Shown in pieces: positions 35,641 through 48,336 of a DNA stretch of 64,000 bases. How positions within the stretch are numbered: the first letter of the stretch is position 1; each line of letters starts with the position of its first letter. The position numbers were made by a program, and so were the translations under genes. Below the pieces are notes generated by a model that was not told the origin of the DNA, searched no databases, and worked only from the letters and a program-made list of their open reading frames with translations. The DNA is from Emiliania huxleyi CCMP1516 (taxonomy: Eukaryota). The stretch spans positions 1,085,081 through 1,149,080 of the forward strand of contig NW_005201287.1 of assembly GCF_000372725.1 (NCBI RefSeq), in the 5' to 3' direction.

Positions 35641-38273
35641 TCAACCATCTACAGGAAACGGGAGCGGTGAAGGCGTGCCTGGGCGGCGGTGGGAGTCCCA
35701 CTCGCTGGGCCGCGCCCGCGGTGCGTTCGGCGGGGCGGTCTCTCTTTGCGGCGGCGGTCTCCGCGCCAGCTGATCTGCCAGATAGCCAAACAGGTCGGCG
35801 CACGCGCCAGGCATGGTGGGGGGCCGGCGCTTCGCGTGCGGCGGCCCGAAGCTGGCGAGCAGCTTAGCGACCTGCCCGACGCGGGTGTCGGCAGGCAGCA
35901 CCTACAGCCGGAGGGCGAAGGAGCTGAGCGCAGTATTCCCCGCACCCTCGTCACACTCCCCCCTCGCCCTGCTCTGCACCTCCTTCAGCGCGGTGAGGGC
36001 GCGCGCCAAGCTCGCGTCGCCGAACGTCAGGTAGCGCAGGGACGGCCGGCGAGCGCGCGACGCGGCAAGCCACTGCACGACCGCCTTGAGCTGGACGCAG
36101 CCGCCAAAGGCGCCGCACCCCCAGTTGCCCGTGCAGAGGGGGCGGAGGGGCGCGTCGGGCGTCTCGCCGTCGGGAGGCGCAAACCCGACGAACGCCTGCG
36201 CGCAACACGCACTTTGGTGAGGGAGGCCCCTCTCTCCCTCGCCGCCTGCACGGCCCGCCGGCGCCTTGTTGAGCTCCCTCTCGATCGCGCCGCGGGAATA
36301 CTGCCCCAGCCGCGTCTGCGCGTCGCGCCCAAAGGCAATCGCGTCGATGGCGAGCAGCTCCGTCTCCGCGGGAGGCTCCGCGGGCGAGCCGGCGGCCGCC
36401 ACGTGCGGTCCCGCAAAGGCGAAGGTGGCGTGGCCGTAGCCCGAGTAGTTGGAGAAGCGCTCGAAGCCGCGCATCAGCAGCGCCTAGGGAGTGTCCAGGA
36501 AGCGTCTTGGGAATGTGCAGGAGGCGTCTGGCAAGGCGCATCAGCAGCGCCTCGTGAGAGGCCATCGGCTCGGCGATCGCGCGGCTCACAATCAGCTCGG
36601 GGCAGATCAAGAAGCGGATCTCCTCCTGCACCGCGCCGTTGCGAAACACTCCGCCGCCGATCGTCGCGTTCGCAAAGTCGAGCTGCGTGAAGTGCGGCCC
36701 CGAGTCCTCGATCGTCCCTCCCTCCACCGCCTCCACCGGGCAGAGCGGCGCGTCGCTCATGCCCCACGCCTCCTCCCCGTGCCCGCCCAACGACAGCTCG
36801 GACGTGTCGCCGACGAGCCGGCGGAAGGTGATGGGGCGGAGGCGCCACCCGCCGGCGGCGTCGCGGCGGCGGCGCGCCACAACGCCAAAGTATTCGAGCA
36901 AGCAGCGCCACTTCGCCTCGTGCTGCGACGGCAGGGACGGCGGCGCCCCGTGCCTGCCCGGGTTAGGCATCTCGCCGATCAGCCAGCAGAAGGAAAAGTA
37001 GGGGAGGACGGACGAGCCGCGGCCGCCTGCAAACAGGTTGGGAAGACGTTCAGGGACGGCTCTGGTGGGCGAGGAGCAACGGGCCCGTCGCCGCCTCGGC
37101 CGCGCGGGGTGTCGTTCCGGTTGGGCATCGTGCAGAAGAAGGCGTTGGCGAGCAGGCAGGCGCACTGCTCGGCGCTCAGCTCGACGCTGCCTGGCCCGCC
37201 GGAGCGGAGCAGCCGCAGCGGCGCGCGGAAGTGGCGCGGCGTCTCGAGCACGAGCTCGCAGAGCGTGGGCACGATCTCGCCGAGCAGCTCGGCGCGACCC
37301 GCGTCGTCGAGCACCGACCCGAGCAGCGCCTGCAGCCGGCCCAGCCCCCACTCGCCGCCCACCGCCCTCCGCAGCGTGGCCATCGTCTCGAGCAGCGCGT
37401 CGACGTCCGCTGGCGGCCGAGAGAGCGCGCGAACCACCACCGGCCAGAGCGGAGCGCCTATTCGCGGACGTCTGTGAGCAGAAGCGGCGCTAGTGTTCAC
37501 CGAGGCGCCTCTGGAGCGGTGGTGCCGTCTGCGCAGCGTGCGCGCGGCGAGCAAGGGAGGCGGACATGCGACCGGTCCCACCGGTCGTCGTAGTCGGCGG
37601 GGAGGCTCGAGGGGGTTGGCACGGTCGACGCAAAGTCCGCCTCGAACTCCACCTGCGCCGCCGCGTCGTCGTCAAGCCGCGGCTCCTCCTCCTCCGTCTC
37701 CTCGCCGGACGCGTCTGCGAGAGACCCCTCTGCCGTGCCTGCGCCCGGGACAACCGCCAAGGCGCACTGCTGCGTCACCCACGCGGCGTCCACGACCGGT
37801 ACGCCCTCCTCGCGCATCCTTGTAGTCATCGGGCCCTCCTCGTCCGGCTGCGTGGAGGGTCCGAGCAGCAGGTGTGTGGGCGGGTCTGCACCTGGGTGTC
37901 CAGCCGCAGAAGTCTCCAGCCGGCCGCCGGCAGACAATATCTCGTTGCGCAGATCGGCGAGCTCGTCCTCGGCGCCCTTCCAGCCGGCAAACGCAATCAC
38001 GCTGCCGCGCAGCGGGGCCTCGGGCGTCACGAGGAGCGCCGCCGGAGCAGCCACGGACGGTACATTGATGTTGGCCTGCGGCGCCGCGGCCGTTGCTGGG
38101 GCCTGCACGGGATCGAGTGAGCGTTCGGACGAACCGCCGGGCGCCGCGGCCTTCGCGGGGAGCAGCCAGCTGTCGAGCGTCTTGGGCATGTCAGTGTTGG
38201 TGAACCTTCTTTCGCGCCAGTCCGCGCCCTTGTCGTGCCAGTGTGCTGTGAGAGAGGCTTGTTTTTCTTGCAT
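35641..38273 (-). CDS. PARG: Poly(ADP-ribose) glycohydrolase with N-terminal BRCT domain (about 5 introns)
   Basis: LLANAFFCT, DFANATIGGGV..GAVQEEIRFLICPEL, TGNWGCGAFGG; BRCT-like LRGSVIAFAG..GG..THLL..PVVDAAWV. Confidence 0.9.
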
Positions 38274-40097
38274 TTTTGCCAGAGCAAAAGCAAGCCCACT
38301 CAACCCCAAGTACTCACCGTTCTTACAGTGGTGTAGCTTGTGCAGAGGCTGCAGCCTCTGCTGGGGCGGAATGCGCGGGGTTTGCGGCGCGATGCCCTCG
38401 GCGAGTACATGCTACTGCTGTGCCGCACGCTCTCCTGCGCGCGCGTGACGTGTGGGACGCGTGCGCTGCGCTCAAACGTCGCGATTTGGCAATAGGCGCT
38501 CGAGCCGGCGCGCAGCGGACGGGTGCGCCGCGCAGGGGGGGTCGGGGGGGTGCGAGAGGGGGAGTGGGTCGGGCGCGCACCGGCCGGCTCCGGGAGCGGC
38601 CGTCACGTCGAGGAGGGGGGCTGTCGGTGGCTCGAGCGGCTCGAGGCGCGTTGCTGCTGCGCCGCCGCCGAGCCCTGGTGCCGATCAGGCGCCTGGCGGC
38701 AGGGGCGAGCTGCGGTCATCGTCGCTGGTGCGGCGGCGGCGGCGGCGGCTCGCCCTTCCTTCCGCGGGCGGCTCCGCTCCCGCCGCCGCTCCCCGCACCC
38801 AGCACACGCCGCTGAGCAGGCACTGACGCACACGCGCCTCACCGCCACCACGCTTCTCTCTCGCAGGTCAGGGTGGCCGGGCCGTCGGTGCTGCTCAGCG
38901 GCGACAGACCAACGTGTGTACGTGCACGTGCACGGCGCCTTTGCGCGCCGCGTTGCGGAGCGATGCGTGCCGCGTTGCGGAGCGAGGCGCGTGTGCGTAA
39001 TGCGTGTGGTGCGTGGAGAGAGCGCTTCTGCTGCTGGGTGCCGCACCACTCTGCCAGTTGAGAGCGGGCGGCGCTGTTTTCAGTGTCGGTGTGTGGCTGA
39101 CTCCTCCTACGTACTGTGGTGGGGGTATGTATGTATGTATGTTGGGGATCTGCTTTGTATTCGGATCCTTTGTATTGTTGGGGATCCGCCGGAAACTCGC
39201 GCCCAAATCTCGGGCGGCGGTCGCTCAACAGCCAGGGCGCGAGCGGGCACGAACGATCTTGTCCGTGGTCGTGCGCACGCACACCATATTGCCATTGTTA
39301 CGGCAAGGCGCCATTTGAGGGAGGTGCGGACCATCCCTCAGACGATCCTTGCGCGCTGGCGGTGTGGTGCGGGAGACCGCAGGAGCGAGAGGGGCGGGCC
39401 GGGGCCGGAGGGAGGCGGACGCGCGGGCGGGCGCGCGGGCGTCGAGGGTGGGGCACGGACGCGCCTGGCGCCAACCGCCTCGGCTCCGTACGCGGTCGTA
39501 GCATGAGGGTACGTAATAGAAGGAACTCCGTCGGAGCTTCCGGTTTGCGACATCTTTTTTGGGCCGGGGGACCAAGGCACTCTTGCTCATTTTCTCTCTC
39601 TAGGTATTCCTAAGAATAGGGCGACTGGCGACGGCAAAAATGCAAGCCCCGCCCCTGGCCACTGTTTAGAATTCTTTTCTCCCGGAACAGGGGCCGGGAT
39701 GTTGCGACGGAGGGCCGGAGCTATGGGCTGGCGCCACGACGTTGCAGGACACGGAGGGGTGGAAGGAGCTGGTGAAGGCGGGAAAGATTCTGCTCTTCGA
39801 CGAGGATCGGGCGGTGGTGATGCGATATGCTCCTGGCGGGGGGCGCGGTCGAGGGCGCGGGGGTGGGTCGCGCAGTGCCCGCTGGCGGGGCAAGCGGCGA
39901 GGGGGTCGCCGGGGGGGTTGGGATGATGGGGATGGTCTTTTCGGCGAGCACTACGGTGCTCGCGGATTCGACTGTCCCCCCGATCGTGCCCACCTCCATG
40001 AGGACGACGGCGCCTTCTAAAGGTCCGTCGCAGGCTGTGCCTCTTTTGGTACCTGTGTCGAACCTGTGTGCTGTGCGAGAGAGTTCTTTTTGTTGAA

Positions 40098-40905
40098 TTC
40101 TTTTCTGGGATAGAGAGCAGCCTCGCTCTCAATCCTAGAAGTCGAAGGATTGTGAGCAGCACTCCTCGCAATCGTAGCATCTCTGTGCGATTGTGAGCAC
40201 CCACGCTCGCAATCCTACGTCTTCTAGGACTAAGAGCAGCTCCACTCCCAAGGTGACTGGTGACGCCTACGACTACTACCAGTGCGCTCGCAATCCTAGC
40301 AAAGTCTAGGATTGCGAGCAGCACTGCTCACAAATCCTAGCAACATGCCTCCGATTGCGAGCAGGAGCGCTCGCAATCCTACATCTTGTAGGACTATGAG
40401 CGGCTGCGCTCACAATCGTACCAAAGATCCAAGGACTGCTAGCAGCGCACAGAGGGCGCTCCCAATCGCTCCAGCCGCGAGCGCTTGTGAGTGAGCGCGC
40501 CGGGAGGGTCTCCTCGCAATCCAAACAGCGATCGCACCGATTGCGAGGGGACCCGCTCGCAATCCTAGACGTCGTAGGACTGTGGGCGGTGTCGCTCGCA
40601 ATCGGCGAAAGTTCTAGGATTGCGAGCGCTCCTGCTCGCAATCGGAGGCATGTTGCTAGGATTGTGAGCTAAGCTGCTCGCAACCCTAGAGTTTGCTCGG
40701 AAAGTGAGCGCGCTGGTAGTAGTCGTAAGCGTCAGCAGTCACCTTGTGAGCGGAGCTGCTCTTAGTCCTAGAAGACGTAGGATTGCGAGCGTGGGTGCTC
40801 ACAATCTCACAGAGATGCTACGATTGCGAGGAGTGCTGCTCACAATCCTTCGACTTCTAGGATTGAGAGCGAGGCTGCTCTCAATCCTAGCCTGGTAGAA
40901 AAGAA
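40098..40905. mobile_element. Foldback-type palindromic element built from CTCGCAATCCTAG subrepeats
   Basis: ~40105-40380 is the reverse complement of ~40615-40890. Confidence 0.85.
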
Positions 40906-43297
40906 GGTTCACCGTCAGTGTGGAGGCGGCGCACGAATGTAAATTCTTTTAGCCTACGCACCCCGCAGCGGGCTTGCAGCAAAAAGAATTTCACTTCCGG
41001 CGGTTACCAACTACAGTTCTACACTCCAAGTGCGCCAAGTGCTCCGTACAACAAAACAGCTAGCTGTCGAGCGTCTTCCTTGGGCATGTCAGTGTGGAGG
41101 AAGTTGCTAGCCAGGTTGTAGGGAAGAATTTTGATACCCGTCAAGACGCCTGCTGGGGGCAGCTTCGTGACGAGCCGTCTGCTCCCCCCCCCAGCAGGCA
41201 CACACACTCAACTCTCTCTCTCACACACTTCAACTAGACAGATAAGGAGGAGAAAGGGGACGGTGGTGGGTTCGACGAGGAGAGAGAGAAGGTACTGGCG
41301 ACGCGCACAGACTGACGTCTGCTCTGCTTCTGAAGTGCACCTCTGAGGCGCCTCAGAGGAAACGACGCACTTGTCTGTTGTCATAATTTTTCGTCAGATT
41401 CGATCTCGTCGCCAGACTTCGATTTCTTTCTCTTTGTCAGGCCATGTGCCGCTCGCTCGCCAGCCCAAGTGACTTGGACGCGCGGTCGAGGGCACCCCAC
41501 CGTTCTTGGGACGCGCTGGCGCTCGCCAGCGATCGTCGTCGTCCCCCCACCCATGGCCATGGACCCAATTAGCCTTTTTTTCTTTGAGGCTGGGTCGCTG
41601 GGTGAAATTCTCAAAAAGGTGCAGCACTTCTAGCCGACATCGACAAAAGTCCCTCTCTAGCCCCGCGGCGAGCGGCCCCGCCGGAGGCGAAGAAAATTTC
41701 GCCATCTAGCGCTCGCAACACATAGATTTGAGAAGAGATGCATAAATCAACACCTCCAATCTTCGGGGGAGTGACGGATAAAGGCGTGCGAAAGAGCTAA
41801 TGAATCCGAAAGCAGCGAATCCAAGTGATGGCCCGCCGCAGGCGAAGAAAATTTAGGGTTGGGGTTCCCCTATGCCAAAGAACTCTTATTAGAGGATTTC
41901 GGCGGCCGGCGCGCCGAGGCACAGCGGTTCGCGCTGCCTGCTCGCGCTGGTTACACCGTTGCTGTGGCCGTCTTCGTCCGTATTGTACACCGAGCTGGCG
42001 CCACAGCAGAGTACAACAACGGCTCGGACTAGCTGCTCCACGGTACTACATCATCAGAGGGCCCGGCAAGGTCCACGGCGGAGCTGGCGGTGGTGGGAGT
42101 GGTGGTAGGAACGAAGGCGCACCTGTCGGCGATTCACCGCCGTTCGTTCCCGTCTCTCAAAGCTGGTTACACCGTCGATGCGCACATCGAGGCGCTCGTG
42201 GACGAGAGAGACGTCGCCTCCTCTTTCGTCCCGGGGCACTGTTCACGCCGGAAGGCCCCGTACACTGCCAAGTACATTAGCCTTCATCTCTCCTACCGCC
42301 GGCCGGGAGTGCAGCCGCCACCAGTGAGATTGTCCTCGACGTTGGCACCTGCGAAGTAATGAACAACAGGCAGTGCGTCATATGGCGCTATGATAGCCCT
42401 GCGGTGGACGTCCTCGACGCAGACGAGGCGGAGCTCATCTGCGCGGCGCAGATCGCCGACTGTCTCTCCCTCCCTGCGCGAGTGGTTGCACCACCCTGGA
42501 TGAGGCATCTGGGCTGGGGCAGGGCCGTTAGTAGAGGAGGGCGACTGAGGGCGCGAGGCCGCCAATCGTCAAAGTCTGCTGCGACTGACTGTCGGTCACT
42601 GACTGAGCAATGAGCAATCGCATCGGCGGTTTCACTCACGCTCACAATCGGGTTACATCCAGGTCTCTGTGCGGGATGTGCTGGGGGGCTGCCCCCCAGT
42701 CGATTGCCGCATAGTTCGTCGATGTAACCCTACCAGAAAGCTGTATTCACACCTACCCTTCCAAAAAAAGAAATGTCCCTGCTTTTGTCGAAGATCCGGC
42801 GGGTTTATCGGAGCATCACCCCGCTCCGAGATGGGCAGATGCGAGAAAGCTCGTCTCGCAGCTGCGAGAAGGTATATTTTACAGTTATTTTTTTTTGCGG
42901 GCGTGCGTGTTTGTGTGTGAGCGCACAAGCAAGACCCAACAACTACAAGCCGCGCAAGCGTGCATGCCTGTGAGGCTGTGTATGTGTGTGTCGCCCCGGC
43001 GCGTCGGCAGCGGTCGCCGCACCCTCCAGCCAGCCAAGGGCCGCCGCCGCGGACCAACCCAGAGAGCGAGGACTGCCCGCTAGTCATTCCTAGTAGACGT
43101 GCCCGCGGGAGGTCTGCGTTGCATGTGCTGCGAACTAGTCAGGGGACCTTCGAAGGGGACCTGCTGGCGTGCTATAACGGTCCAGTGTGACTACAAAGCG
43201 GTTTGTGGCGCAAGCTATGGGATCGTCCCGATGCCACATGGGCGATTGGGGGCGTCCCCTGCGCACCCCCCTATCTTCTCCCGATGCGAACACGCCC

Positions 43298-44811
43298 TCA
43301 GCAGGCGCCGTAGACGATCGTCATGAGCACGTCGGCTTGCGAGATGGCGGAGGCGTTCGGCGGCGGGGTGATGCAGAACATGGCGTTGGCCTGGCTGAGC
43401 ACGTCCGGGATGCGGGGCAGCGCAGCGCCCAGCCCGAGCTCGTGCGCCAGACGCTGCACATTCTCGATCAGAGTGGTGTTGGTGGCGGTGATGGCGGTGG
43501 CGGTGGTGATGGCGGTGGCGGTGGTGATGGCGGCGGCGGCGGCCGCCTCCTCCGCCTCCGCCGCCGCCGCCGCCGCCTCCGCCTCCACCTCCTCCGCCTC
43601 CGCCTCCGCCTCCTCCGCCTCCGCCTCCCCCGCCTCCTGCGGTGGCGGCGTGGCGACGTCCGGCGAGGCGGCCGAGAGGTCCATCCTCCGCTTGTTGACG
43701 ATGTTGTTGCCGCTCTCGGTGCCGGGCGGCCCGTCGAGCTGGACGGTGATCCACGAGACTGCTCGAGGGAGGGAGGGGGGGGGGGGGGGGGCTAGGGGGG
43801 TTGGGCGGCCGCGCCGTTTGTCGAGACCGTCGTGCCGGAGCGGCCGGCGTGCTTGCCGCGCACCACCAGGACGGCCGTGCCGGGCGCAGCGACGTCCTCG
43901 CTCGCTCGGGCCACGGCTTTCCCGCGGGCCGAGCCGGTCGAAGGCACGCGGGGGGAGAAGCCTCCCGCTGCCGCACCCGCCCGGCGCTGCACCAGCCTCG
44001 CCCACGCTGCCACGTCCTCCCCCTCCTCCACCGCCAACGCAGAGGCGGCAGGCGTGGGGGCCTGCAGGGCCGAGGCACGGGGGAAGCGGACGTGCTCCTT
44101 GGGCTGCCGCCGCTGCGCCGGGTCGCCGTCCTCCCAGTCCAGCGTGAAGAAGGCGCCCCCGTCGTGGACCTCCGCGACCGAGGCGCCGTACCACGAGGCC
44201 CGCCCGTCGGCGAGGACGTACCGCCCCTCCACGCGGGTCCCGACGGCGGTGGAGGGGGGGAGGGCAGCGGCGAGGGAGGAGGGGAGGGGCGCCTCCCCCA
44301 CCGCCCGCGCGTAGGCCACCGCCGCCTCCACCGCCGTGTCGAACAAGCCGAGGGACACCTGCCTGCCACCGGAAGCGCGGTACGCTCGGAACCGGCGTTG
44401 GGCGCCCGCTTTGGCGTGCGACACGCCCCGGTAGCCGCTGCTGCTGGTCCCCGAGAGGTGCAGCCGCAGCCCCTCAGACTCCGCCTCCACCTCCGGCGAA
44501 GCGCCCTTCGCGCGCTTGGAGGAGCCCGAGTCGGAGGTCGAGCGCTTCTTCTTGCGGTTGCCCTCTGCCGCTGGCGCCGCCTCGGGTGGCGCGGCGATCG
44601 GCGCCTCCGGCTCCTCCCCCGGCGCCTCCCCCACCGCCCGCGCGTAGGCCACCGCCGCCTCCACCGCCGTGTCAAACGCGCCGAGGTAGACGCCTCTGAT
44701 CGCCACGTACTTTTTGCGGCCGCGAACCTTGTACACGCCCTTGTAGCCGGTGCTGCTGGTGGGGGAGAGGTGCAGGCGAAGGCCCTCAGCCTCCAACGCG
44801 ACCGAAGGCAT
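43298..44811 (-). CDS. Protein with two AP2 domains, Tudor-like and KOW-like domains; intron near 43763-43813
   Basis: AEGLRLHLS..STGYKGV..LG.FDTAVEAAVAYAR x2; VGTRVEGRY..WYGASV..LDWEDGD; VVRGKHAGRSG. Confidence 0.8.
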
Positions 44812-45039
44812 CGGTCTCTTTTTGGGTGGGAGGACGCGATAGCCTGGTGTGATGATGTTGATTGACTCGCGGCCCATCGAGCGCTAGCTAGACGTGCGAG
44901 TTAGGCGCCGCTGATGAAAAACAAAAAACGGGCAAGTACGACCAACCTCGGTCAATCATGCTCCTGAGCCGAAACTCAGTCAAACAAGTTTTTGTCTCAG
45001 AGCCTCGCCTCCCCTCTCCCCGCGGCCACAGAAACAACT

Positions 45040-45346
45040 TGGAGCACTTGGAGTGCAGTCGGCAACCGCACACCCAGGGCCGGGGAGCTGAGAAGCGCAC
45101 CCAGCGGGCCGGATGATTGGCATCGGGTTGCGGGCAAGAGAGCCCTAGCCCAGGGGGTGCGCGTTCGCAGGGCAAGGGCCTTAAAGTAAACACAGTTCTC
45201 CGAGAGGGCTCCGTGAGTCCGTGTACCGGGTTTCCCCTTAACTGCAGAACGCCCCCTCTACTCGGAGCTAGTGGACACGGACACTACGACACCACCCGTC
45301 ACGTACACACGACTGTCTAACGTGTACACTGCCCGGCCTCCTCCCC
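45040..45346 (-). mobile_element. Copy of the (CTCCAAGTG)n-tailed retroposon
   Basis: Reverse complement of 10178-10483; candidate TSD ACAACT at 45034-45039 and 45347-45352. Confidence 0.85.
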
Positions 45347-45421
45347 ACAACTAGATTCGCAATTTCACGGGGACGCACGAGCCACGTCAGTCAGCACGCC
45401 CACCACACGGAAATACATGCG

Positions 45422-46231
45422 ATGACGCCGCGCGCGGTGGGAGCGAGCGGCGCGGCTCACGCCCTCCTCGCGTGGGTGCTGCTTCTCTGGGACGGGTCGG
45501 CGCTGGGCCAGATGGATCAGATGCCTCGCAAGCCAAAGCCAGCGCCGCTCAACGGCGACCTTCCCTACATCCGATGCCAGACCTGCGAGATCATGGTCGC
45601 GCAGGCGCTCGGGCGGGTGAAGGAGGTGCTGGAGTCGCAGGCATCGCCGGCGGAGAAGAAGAAGAAGGGAGCCAAGCGGCGGTTCGAGCACTCGAGCAGC
45701 CTCGGCAGCGTCGAGGGCGCGGTGGAGGATATCGTGACCGGGCTGTGCGATGCAGAGGGCAAGTACGGGGGCTGGATCTCTGACTACGACGTTGTCAAGC
45801 GAGATAGCGCATTGAAGCTCGAGAGCCAGGTCGGAGGGGACGTCGCCGGCGGCCACTGCCGCCGCGAGTGCCGCACCATCGCAAAGGCGTGCGCTGGCGT
45901 CCTGGAAGACGTCGAGTCGGACCTCGGCGACCTGCTGATTTCGGCCGCCAAGTCGGGCAGGTCGGCCGGGACGACGGCGCAGCGGGTCTGCGTCAAGATG
46001 GCCGGCGTGTGCAAAAAGGGAAAGACGCCGGCGTGGCCCGAGGGCAAGGTGCGCAAAAACGAGCAGTTCAAGCCCAAGACGGCAAAGGACAAGCAGACCG
46101 AGGAGCTGATGGCGTCGCTGCAGAGCATGCCCGGGATGGGCGGGCAGGGGCTCTCGATGATGACGGGCTCCGACATCGACCTCGGGGAGAACAAGGTGGA
46201 CCCCATTGACGAGCTCAAGGATGAGGTCTGA
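45422..46231 (+). CDS. Saposin-like Canopy/DUF3456-type ER protein
   Basis: Signal peptide, CQTC..LC..C..C pattern, C-terminal KDEV. Confidence 0.7.
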   Translation: MTPRAVGASGAAHALLAWVLLLWDGSALGQMDQMPRKPKPAPLNGDLPYIRCQTCEIMVAQALGRVKEVLESQASPAEKKKKGAKRRFEHSSSLGSVEGAVEDIVTGLCDAEGKYGGWISDYDVVKRDSALKLESQVGGDVAGGHCRRECRTIAKACAGVLEDVESDLGDLLISAAKSGRSAGTTAQRVCVKMAGVCKKGKTPAWPEGKVRKNEQFKPKTAKDKQTEELMASLQSMPGMGGQGLSMMTGSDIDLGENKVDPIDELKDEV

Positions 46232-46807
46232 CATAGTCCTGGATGGGCAATGCATACGCCTAGTTGGGCCTCAGATCGCCCGACCGCGTCCCGGTGCTCT
46301 GCCGTCGGATTTGTGACTCCGCCGCACCGCGCCGCGGCCGGGGGCCCTCCGGAGGCCGAGGATGGCCGTGGCGGACCGGGGACGAGTTCTGGGAGGTGAA
46401 GTGTCGGTGAGTATATTGTAGTATGTAGAAGAAACCAATCATGTCCACAATATCTCTCAGTCTAGCTAAGCCTGGGAAGGCGATGCCGGAGCCGTAAAGC
46501 AGCTTGATGGTGCTTCGCCGGCGTGCGTCCCGGAGCGGTCCCGGACGGGCGGTCCGTGGGAGGAAAACGAGGATCAGCGCCGACGGCGCTCTGATTCGAC
46601 TTTTAACTTCAAACAAAGACAGTGGCACGCGCCGCAGCGTGGTGCATGCCACTGTCAGGAGCGGATCCGTCAGTTAGTCGTGTTCACGCCTGCATCGTGA
46701 TTCTCACAACCTGCCCTCACCGTGTGACATCAACATTCTTTTGCAGCGTCAGGCAGTCCTCCCATCGCCTCCGTCGTTCACTGGCATCGCTGAAAGGCCC
46801 GGTGCGG

Positions 46808-48336
46808 ATGCTGCGCAGTCTCGCGCGGCCCGCCGCCGCCAGCTCCTCCACCTTTGCGGCGCGGCGGCCGTGGGCGCTTGCGGCGCGCCGGCTGTTCATC
46901 CAGACTGAATCGACGCCGAACCCTGAGGCGCTCAAGTTCCTGCCGGGCAAGGATGTCTTGGAGAGCGGCTCGCGCGACTTCCGCTCGCTCAAGGACGCGC
47001 AGGCGTCGCCGCTCGCGCGGCGGCTCTTCGCGACCGAGGGCGTCACGTCGGTCTTCCTCGCGGCCGACTTTGTGACGGTGAGCAAGTCGGACGAGATGGA
47101 CTGGGTCGCCCTCAAGCCGCAAATCTTTGGGGCGATGATGGCGCGCGCCGCCGCCGCAGACACACCCGCGCGCGCCTCCTCTGCACGCGCTCCGCTCGCA
47201 GCGGCGACGCAGCACACTGCCTCTGCTCAGGACTTTTACGCGTCCGGAGAGCCCGTGCTGTCGGAGGAGTCGGGGAGCGAGGAGCTGGACTCGCTCGTCA
47301 TCACGGACGACGACTCCGAGGCGCGCGCCTCGCTGTGCGGGAGGCGGGGGGCGGGAGCGGTCCCTGTCGAGTGCCCCTTGAGGGAGCCTCTCTCCCGCGG
47401 TGCAGGTGGTGCAGATGATCAAGGAGCCTGCTCGAGATGCGCGCCCGGCGATGAGGTGAGAAGTGAATTGAGTCGAGGTGTGATTTGGTATCAAGGAGCT
47501 GCTCGAGATGCGGATCCGGCCGTCGGTGCAAGAGGACGGCGGCGACATCGTCTACCGCGGCTTCGACGACGAGAGCGGCGTCGTCACGCTGCAGATGCAG
47601 GCGCACCGCCGGGGCGGGAGAGGGGACGGGCGGAGAGGCGGGAGAGGCAGCGGCGGGGCCGTCTCTTGCGACTGCTGCAGCCGCGCCGCCCCGTTGTCCG
47701 CAGGGCTCTTGCGCCGGCTGCCCGTCCTCCTCGGTCACGCTCAAGGCTGGCATCGAGAACATGCTGCGCCACTACATCCCGGAGGTCAAGGAGGCGCGCG
47801 GGAGGAGGGGCGGGGAGGAGGAGGAGGAGGAGGCCTGGCCGCGAGGGTCGAGGGTGGGATGGGGGGCGGTGGAGAGGGGCGGCGGAGGGGCGATGGCGGG
47901 GGCGGGCGATGAGAGCACACCGCCCGCACCCGCGCAGGTCCGCGACATTGCAGCCGACGACGAGGAGATGGGATTCGAGGCCCGCCGGGTAGCAGCGAGT
48001 AGGGAGAGCGTGCGGGCAGGCGGGGAGAGGTGGCGGAGAGGGTCGGGTGTGCATGTCCAGCCTCGTCCGCACCACGCACGCGCCCCAACACCATCCCGCC
48101 ACCACCCGACAGACGCCGTGGTGACTGCTCTGGTGACTGCTCTGCCTGCCCGAGGAGCCCCCGCCCACCCCGCCCCGGGGGTGTCGCTGTGCGAGACGTC
48201 GACCCGCGCCGTCGTCTGCGCTCCCCTGTCGCCGCGGCGCAGCCATTCCAGGCGGGGAGGCGAGCTCGTGCCTCGCCTGCCGCAGGTGAACATGATGGAC
48301 TTGGTCAAGACGAAGCCGCCGAAGCCCAGAGACTGA
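46808..48336 (+). CDS. NFU1: Mitochondrial Fe-S scaffold NFU1 (about 6 introns)
   Basis: [75 protein letters not shown]. Confidence 0.95.

Noticed and set aside
38450..39560. 327-aa ORF upstream of PARG
   Set aside because: Low-complexity, with no coherent domain or codon signal
42000..42620. Protein-like fragments, possibly transposase or AP2 remnant
   Set aside because: No motif I can identify with confidence
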